Below, in pieces: positions 59,115-64,000 of a stretch of DNA of 64,000 nt. The translations under genes and the position numbers were made by a program. Under the pieces are notes generated by a model. It worked only from the letters and a program-made list of their open reading frames with translations, was not told the DNA's origin and searched no databases. Location: the NCBI GenBank assembly GCA_041550555.1, contig JBFEOO010000011.1, positions 2,138 through 66,137 of the forward strand. The letters run 5' to 3'. Position 1 is the first letter of the stretch. Every line of letters begins with the position of its first letter. The DNA is from Arenicellales bacterium (GTDB lineage: Bacteria > Pseudomonadota > Gammaproteobacteria > Arenicellales > JBFEOO01).

Positions 59115-59807
59115 ATGTACTGGCGAGAGCCGCCTGCTGTCGATCGCTACCATGTCCCGGACGAGGTGGTCGACGTCGCATTCAGGATCACATGCGCGCA
59201 GCTGCCGCTCGACCACGCCCACGCGCTGTTCGAAGCGGTTGCCGCAGCATTGCCCTGGCTCGCCGATGAGCCTGCAGCCGGTATACATCCCATTCACGGC
59301 GCGGCATCGGGAAACGGCTGGTATCGGCCCGAATCGGCGGGGGGAGGCGTGCTGAACCTCGCCAAGCGCACGCGCCTGGTGCTGCGCCTGCCTCGCGATC
59401 GCGTGCGGGACGCAACCGCGCTGAGCGGAAACACACTGCTGGTCGACGGGCACGCTATGACCGTCGGGGCTTCCCGGGTGCGCGCGTTGAGCACGCAAAC
59501 GACGCTGTTCGCGCGCTACGTGGTCGACGCGGCACAGCGTGGCGAGGACGCCTTCGCTACCGAGCTCGTGGACGAGCTGCGCGACTGCGGTATCACCGTG
59601 CACAAGCTCCTCTGCGGGCGCGAGCATGCGATCAGCACGCCGGCGCAGCCGCTGCGCACGCGCAGCGTGATGCTCGCCGATCTCGACGTTGCCCATTCGG
59701 TGCGCCTGCAGCAGCTGGGCGCGGGACCGGGGCGCCAGCTTGGCTGCGGCCTGTTCATCCCGCACAAGGACATCGGCGCGCCACAGGGCGGCGACGACGC
59801 GCGCTGA
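59115..59807 (+). CDS. Cas6/Cmx6-like RAMP protein (orphan, no CRISPR context)
   Basis: MYWREPPAVDRYHVPDEVVDVAFRI..LPLDHAHAL N-terminus. C-terminal glycine-rich loop GAGPGRQLGCG fits the RAMP signature GhGxxxxxGhG, followed by LFIPHK. The family resemblance is recalled from memory and not searched. Confidence 0.6.
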   Translation: MYWREPPAVDRYHVPDEVVDVAFRITCAQLPLDHAHALFEAVAAALPWLADEPAAGIHPIHGAASGNGWYRPESAGGGVLNLAKRTRLVLRLPRDRVRDATALSGNTLLVDGHAMTVGASRVRALSTQTTLFARYVVDAAQRGEDAFATELVDELRDCGITVHKLLCGREHAISTPAQPLRTRSVMLADLDVAHSVRLQQLGAGPGRQLGCGLFIPHKDIGAPQGGDDAR

Positions 59808-59940
59808 CATCCGCAACGACCACCGCCGATGACGCGGCGATGCACACGGGCTTGCAATGTCGCTCACGGGACGCCGGTGATTCCCTCGCATCGTTCGGCC
59901 GCCGGACGCATGCAAATGGCTGCTGAGGAGTGGACGCACT

Positions 59941-60144
59941 ATGAACGAGAAGCAGGAACTGATCGCGAAGATGCTCGAGCTACAGAAGAAATTCGCCGAG
60001 TACGAGCACGAGTTCGGGGTGAGCGCGACGGAGTATTTCGCACCGCCTCCCGGACATCCGCTGGAGAATTACAGCGACGAGTTCAACCGACTGGCCGATC
60101 GATTGCGGGAGCTGGCCCACGAGGAACAAGGCTCGCGGGGCTAG
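59941..60144 (+). CDS. Small acidic hypothetical protein (67 aa)
   Basis: ATG preceded by GAGGAG (10-nt spacing). High GC3. Helical, Glu/Lys-rich sequence. Confidence 0.5.
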   Translation: MNEKQELIAKMLELQKKFAEYEHEFGVSATEYFAPPPGHPLENYSDEFNRLADRLRELAHEEQGSRG

Positions 60145-60812
60145 GCCTCCGCCCACATGCGCACGAGATTGGCGTAGACGTGGTCGACGCCGGCGAGCGC
60201 CTCGCTTCGCGGCGCCACCTTGAGCAGCTGCTCGCGGGCGCAATGCAGCTCGTAGAGCAGGGCCCTGCGGGCAGCGTCACGCACGAGGCTCTGCACCCAC
60301 GTGACCGCCACCAGGCGCGTTCCCCGGGTCACGGCTGCGACGTGATGGATGCTCGATGCGGGGTAGAGCACGGCGTCGCCGGCGGGCCATTTGATCGACT
60401 GCTCGCCGAAGGCCGTCTCGACGACCAGCTCGCCGCCGTCGTAGTCGGCCGGCTCGCTCAGGAAAACGGTGACGGCGATGTCCGAACGGTAGGGTGTTCC
60501 GGATCCCATCACCGGGTCGTCGACGTGAGAACCGTACGCCATGCCCGACCGGTAGCGCGCGTAGAATGGCGCCGCCGCCCTGAGCGGCAGCGCAGCGCCT
60601 TGGTAGACGGGATGTCGAACGAGGTTACCCATCACGAGCTCGTTGAGCTCCGCCACGATGGACGCATCGCGCGCGAGCTCTTCATTGTTTTTCACCGGAG
60701 CCGCCATTTTTCCCGCGGAGAGTCTGCCGTCGACAAACGGCGCCGTGGCCAGCTTGCTCTGAATCGAGGCGAGCTGCGCCGGGCCGAGAACATGGGGGAT
60801 CCGTATCAGCAT
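60141..60812 (-). CDS. PKHD-type Fe(II)/2OG hydroxylase (PiuC/YbiX family)
   Basis: Collinear with E. coli YbiX: MLIRIPHVL.., VKNNEEL, YGSHVDDP (HxD), FLSEPADYDGGELVV, LYPASSIHHVAAVTRGTRLV, C-terminal NLVRMWAEA. Start ATG 60812. Confidence 0.88.
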   Translation of the reverse strand: MLIRIPHVLGPAQLASIQSKLATAPFVDGRLSAGKMAAPVKNNEELARDASIVAELNELVMGNLVRHPVYQGAALPLRAAAPFYARYRSGMAYGSHVDDPVMGSGTPYRSDIAVTVFLSEPADYDGGELVVETAFGEQSIKWPAGDAVLYPASSIHHVAAVTRGTRLVAVTWVQSLVRDAARRALLYELHCAREQLLKVAPRSEALAGVDHVYANLVRMWAEA

Positions 60813-60871
60813 GGGGAAGCGTCCACGCCACGAAGCATCGGGCTGCGTGGACGCGAGGAGGTTGGCGGCGA

Positions 60872-61459
60872 TTGAAAGTTCGCGCACGCAGCCGGTGGCG
60901 CGACCGTGAGCGCCGGCGCTCGCTCGATGACAATGCCGTTGCGCTCGCCTACGTGATCTGGGAGATCGCCCTCACAGCGGCCAAGAATCTTCATGCGGAG
61001 GGCTTCGCGTACGAGAACGACACGCGACGCATCGAGGTCATCTGTGAGTATTTGGTCTTTCTCGTCCACGTCACCGACAGGCTTTGTCATGAGCGCATGA
61101 GCGATGCCGAGCGCACCCGCTTCGTGACCCGACTCGCCGCGGACTCCGCTCGCCACGTGCAGCGCAATCGCGAGGAGCTCTCCGGCGCCGGCGACTATCG
61201 CGAGGCGTACGTCGAGCTGTTGAACCGTCGAGCCAAGGACTACGCGGAAACGTCGTTTCGCGGTGGCGGCCCTGGCTACGCCATGCTGCGAACCTTCGCG
61301 GCGCATATCCAGACAGTGCTCGGAGCGGGACAGACCAATCGCTGGGCCGCCGATCACATCATGGCGATCGACGCGCCGGAGGCCGTCCGCCATCTCGGTC
61401 AGGCTTTCAACAATCTGCTCGATAGCTCCGCCCCGTCGCCGCCGCCCGAGGCCGAGTGA
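60872..61459 (+). CDS. Hypothetical protein (195 aa)
   Basis: High-GC3 ORF divergent from the PiuC-like gene. TTG 60872 lies 10 nt after GAGGAGG; GTG 60953 is an alternative. No recognisable domain. Confidence 0.5.
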   Translation: MKVRARSRWRDRERRRSLDDNAVALAYVIWEIALTAAKNLHAEGFAYENDTRRIEVICEYLVFLVHVTDRLCHERMSDAERTRFVTRLAADSARHVQRNREELSGAGDYREAYVELLNRRAKDYAETSFRGGGPGYAMLRTFAAHIQTVLGAGQTNRWAADHIMAIDAPEAVRHLGQAFNNLLDSSAPSPPPEAE

Positions 61460-61477
61460 CGAGCCCGCTAGCCGAAT

Positions 61478-61672
61478 TCAGCCCTTCCAGGCTTCGGCAT
61501 GGGTGGTCTCCTTCCCCATGCCGTCGTCGTAGCCCGCTTGATAGGCCTCGCTGAGACGTTGCTCCTCGCGCTTGGGCGTCTGAAGGTAGCCGCCGACCCA
61601 ACCCAGGATGTACTCCCTGCTGACACCCATCGTTTCGAGCCGATCGATCGTCTCATAATAGAAAGTGTCCAT
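61478..61672 (-). CDS. Small hypothetical protein (64 aa)
   Basis: MDTFYYETIDRLETMGVSREYILGWVGGY... ATG 61672 lies 6 nt after GGGAG; upstream in-frame starts are at 61678 and 61690. Confidence 0.5.
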   Translation of the reverse strand: MDTFYYETIDRLETMGVSREYILGWVGGYLQTPKREEQRLSEAYQAGYDDGMGKETTHAEAWKG

Positions 61673-61883
61673 CTGCATCTCCCTGCGCACCCTCGGAGCG
61701 CCCGACGTGTCGCCGCCGGGGAATCTGCGACGCGGCGAACCGAATAGCCGACGGTCTACTAGGCCCCCCGGCGGCGGGTCCCGCCCTCTCTAGGCGCGGC
61801 AACGCTGATCCGCGGAGCGCCGAGCGTCGAGCCGCGGTCTACCCCGTCGTGACCGTATAGGCGATCGGCGGCGCGACCGACAA

Positions 61884-62177
61884 TTACCCAAAAGGGAGAC
61901 CTTCGCCGATTTTGTAGCGCTTGCGAAGCCGGGCGCGAATGTCCCATACGCAGCGGACCCCTGCGAAGATAGTGACCAGATCCCCTTCGCGCACCGGCAC
62001 CGTCTCGCCGTCGACACAGCGAAGCACGGCCGCTCCGGCTTCGAGATAACATGTCTCGGCGTGATCGTACTGCCATTCGAACGTCGAGACATCTTTCTCC
62101 CATTGAGGCCACGCCTCGACCCCCAAGACCTCGAGCTTCAAGGGCGAAGGATTGTGTTCGACCACCACCGAAGTCAT
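61884..62177 (-). CDS. Cupin_3 (DUF861/EutQ-like) small cupin protein
   Basis: 97 aa. W..WEKDVSTFEWQYDHAETCYLEAGAAVL....GETVPVREGDLVTIFAGVRCVWDI..RLRKRY fits the single-barrel cupin_3 pattern. Confidence 0.7.
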   Translation of the reverse strand: MTSVVVEHNPSPLKLEVLGVEAWPQWEKDVSTFEWQYDHAETCYLEAGAAVLRCVDGETVPVREGDLVTIFAGVRCVWDIRARLRKRYKIGEGLPFG

Positions 62178-62335
62178 GTGTGCTCCCCGCCTCGGCGCGG
62201 CAACCCGTCAGGGGGCCGAACTCCGCCCGCGATCGTCTTGTCTGGCCACGCGTGTTGCGCCGGCGCCGCCGTTCGAGTGATCATGCGGCCGTCCGCTGGG
62301 CCGGGGAAAACCCCACACCGGACGTCCGCATCGCC

Positions 62336-62698
62336 ATGAAGCTGGACATCGACATCGAACACCGCCGTTTCACGCTGGAGGTGCCGAATGACGTCGTTGC
62401 GGGCGCTGACGCCTTCTTCGCCAAGATGGACGAGGACATGGCCGGAGGATGGCAGATGAGCCGTCGCTATGTCGAGCATCCCGATCGGCTTCAGCGCTGC
62501 CAGATTGCCGCCGACAGGCTGTTGACCTCGCTGCATTCAGGCAACGAAAGTCTCACGCTCATGATGGCCGGTTACATCCTGAGCCGACTCCCCGACGTTC
62601 GCAGGGTAGAGATCGACACCAATGGGGAGATGTTCAACACCCGCTTCGTGCTCGCCTCGGGACAGATCCTCGCCGCAGCCGATGGCGACAACGACTGA
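62336..62698 (+). CDS. Hypothetical protein (120 aa)
   Basis: ATG 62336 (MKLDIDIEHRRF..) within ORF 62051-62698. The 3' end overlaps the next gene by 17 nt. No recognisable domain. Confidence 0.55.
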   Translation: MKLDIDIEHRRFTLEVPNDVVAGADAFFAKMDEDMAGGWQMSRRYVEHPDRLQRCQIAADRLLTSLHSGNESLTLMMAGYILSRLPDVRRVEIDTNGEMFNTRFVLASGQILAAADGDND

Positions 62699-63317
62699 CG
62701 GCGAGGGGGGGCGCAATGTGGCCGCCCGCGGCCATGCCGCGCTCAACGAGCTCGGCACGCGCACATTCATCTACGAGCTGCACGACGCGCTCGACGCCGA
62801 TCTGTGCGCCGAGATCGTGCGTCGCTTCGAACTCAAGGCCGATCAGCAGTACGCCGGGCGCATCGGCGAGCAGGCCGTCGCAGACCCTTCCGTGAAGCGC
62901 TCGACGGATCTCCGCATCAGCGGACGCCCCGATTGGGAGGACGTCGACGGGCAGCTGCACCGCTCGCTGCAGCAGGCGCTGAGCCTCGTCGCGGGGCTGC
63001 ATCCCTTTTTCTCCCACAACGCGTTCAAGGACATCGGCTACAACGTGCAGCGCACCCGGGCCGGGGAGTATTACCACTGGCACATCGACAGCGGCCCGGG
63101 CTCGTTCAGCCAGAGGCAGCTGGTGGCCATCTGGTATCTCAACGACGTTGCGGGGCCCGGCGGCGAGACGGAGTTTCCGCTCCAGAACGTCAGGGTCTCA
63201 CCGCAGAGGGGCAAGCTCGTGCTGTTCCCGCCCTTCTGGACACACCTCCACCGAGGCGCCACGCTCCATCGCGGGACCAAATACATTGCCACGACATGGG
63301 TGTGCTTCGCGGGCTAG
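62682..63317 (+). CDS. Prolyl-4-hydroxylase-like 2OG-Fe(II) oxygenase
   Basis: YYHWHIDSG (HxD), FWTHLHRGATL (distal His), KYIATTWV (2OG-binding Lys/Arg position). Start ATG 62682. Confidence 0.75.
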   Translation: MATTTDGEGGRNVAARGHAALNELGTRTFIYELHDALDADLCAEIVRRFELKADQQYAGRIGEQAVADPSVKRSTDLRISGRPDWEDVDGQLHRSLQQALSLVAGLHPFFSHNAFKDIGYNVQRTRAGEYYHWHIDSGPGSFSQRQLVAIWYLNDVAGPGGETEFPLQNVRVSPQRGKLVLFPPFWTHLHRGATLHRGTKYIATTWVCFAG

Positions 63318-63341
63318 GCCGCCGGGCACCGCGGGCGTCGC

Positions 63342-63560
63342 TCAGTCGTCCTCGGAGGGTGTCCGCTCGCGGTGGGCGCTGAGCAAGCGTTCGGCCTCGC
63401 TCTCATCGGCGGCGAACACCATGCGGATGGTGTCGGCATCGGTAGCCGGCTGACGTTGGCGGAGCTCGCGCACGCGCCGCTTGGCGTCGCGGTACGACTC
63501 GGTCTCGCCGATCATCACGAGCGTGCGCAGCGGCGAGACCCGGTAGATGAAGTACGCCAT
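63342..63560 (-). CDS. Small hypothetical protein (72 aa)
   Basis: ATG-initiated ORF downstream of, and co-directional with, the DsrE3-like gene. High GC3. No recognisable motif. Confidence 0.4.
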   Translation of the reverse strand: MAYFIYRVSPLRTLVMIGETESYRDAKRRVRELRQRQPATDADTIRMVFAADESEAERLLSAHRERTPSEDD

Positions 63561-63698
63561 CGCGCTGCGCTCAGCCGGGCCGCGATCGGGCGCACCCCGT
63601 CGGGCAAGACACCGTGGCCGGCAGCGCCCCCCTGTGACCCCGGCATCGACGGCGAGACCCGCCCCACGAGCGCAGCCGTCTCGACACGGCGGCGGCGC

Positions 63699-64000
63699 TC
63701 ACACGAACAGCGTGATGTCAGCCTCGCTGGCGAAATCCAGAAACGTCGCAGCGCCGCCCAGTTCGATCTCGTCGATAAGCTCCTCGCGGTGGATATCGAA
63801 CAGATCGATCGTCATTTGGCAGCCAATCAGCTTGACTTCCGCCTCCAGGCAAAGATGGCGAAGATCCTCGACGCTGGCCACGCCCTTCGCCTTGATCTTG
63901 CTCTTCATCATGCGGGTCATCATGGTCTCCATGCCGGGCACTGCGGTGCCGAGCACGGGGAACCACTTGTCCATGCCGAGCGGCATGGGCATGCCCGGGT
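63699..64000 (-). CDS. DsrE/DsrF-like (COG2210, DsrE3-type) sulfurtransferase, C-terminal part (5' end outside window)
   Basis: ..VKLIGCQMTIDLF.. with the conserved active-site Cys and the tail GGAATFLDFASEADITLFV. The frame remains open to the window edge. Confidence 0.7.
   Translation of the reverse strand, partial: PGMPMPLGMDKWFPVLGTAVPGMETMMTRMMKSKIKAKGVASVEDLRHLCLEAEVKLIGCQMTIDLFDIHREELIDEIELGGAATFLDFASEADITLFV

Noticed and set aside
58665-59939. 424-aa minus-strand ORF opposite the TauD-like, small-ORF and Cas6-like genes; also 39416-40561 (381 aa) opposite the ferredoxin-FNR gene
   Set aside because: Arg-rich low-complexity translations. The plus-strand frames carry the recognisable motifs and the expected codon bias.
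61756-61795. GGCGG-N6-CCGCC hairpin flanked by CT(A)CTAGGC direct repeats downstream of the cupin gene
   Set aside because: The stem is short (5 bp), there is no U-tract, and the repeats are only 8-9 nt. This is too weak to call a terminator or mobile-element scar.
57555-64000. Search for a CRISPR array or other cas genes near the Cas6-like gene
   Set aside because: The region is almost entirely coding. The non-coding gaps (59808-59940, 61691-61883, 62178-62335, 63561-63698) contain no regularly spaced direct repeats. Only 6-7 nt chance repeats are present.

Overview
This is a high-G+C, gammaproteobacterial-type chromosomal window that is almost fully coding. All family names below come from reading motifs by eye; no database search was possible.

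- **1-24 kb:** coaE (partial), mutT, argJ, secA, a DUF721/DciA-like gene and lpxC. These are followed by a complete minus-strand dcw cluster, mraZ-rsmH-ftsL-ftsI-murE-murF-mraY-murD-ftsW-murG-murC-murB-ftsQ-ftsA-ftsZ. The cluster has many 1-8 nt start/stop overlaps, a readable Pmra promoter and three TGGGN MraZ boxes. ddl is absent from the cluster.
- **24.3-29.9 kb:** RNase P RNA, rsmI, the lpoA-yraN-diaA-dolP block and hldC.
- **29.9-44.7 kb:** mixed housekeeping and regulatory genes. These are a macro domain protein, DUF218, rppH, PIN-PhoH2, a LysR regulator, an orphan PilT-like ATPase, a TrpD-like protein lacking the PRPP motif, a Sel1 protein, a ferredoxin-FNR-like protein with degenerate cofactor motifs, cysG coupled to a stand-alone S24 peptidase-like ORF, and a NarX/NarL-like two-component pair.
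- **44.8-57.6 kb:** a complete oxidative-type dsr operon, dsrABEFHCMKLJOPNR, on the minus strand. It shows two unexplained RNA-level features: a 196-nt structured spacer between dsrE and dsrF, and a hairpin after dsrC.
- **57.9-64 kb:** an accessory islet divergent from dsrA. It holds three different Fe(II)/2OG-oxygenase families, a cupin, several 64-72 codon ORFs, and an orphan Cas6/Cmx6-like RAMP protein with no CRISPR array or cas partners. The Cas6-like gene is the most unusual item.
- The window ends inside a DsrE3-like sulfurtransferase gene.
- No rRNA, tRNA, transposase or CRISPR array was seen.
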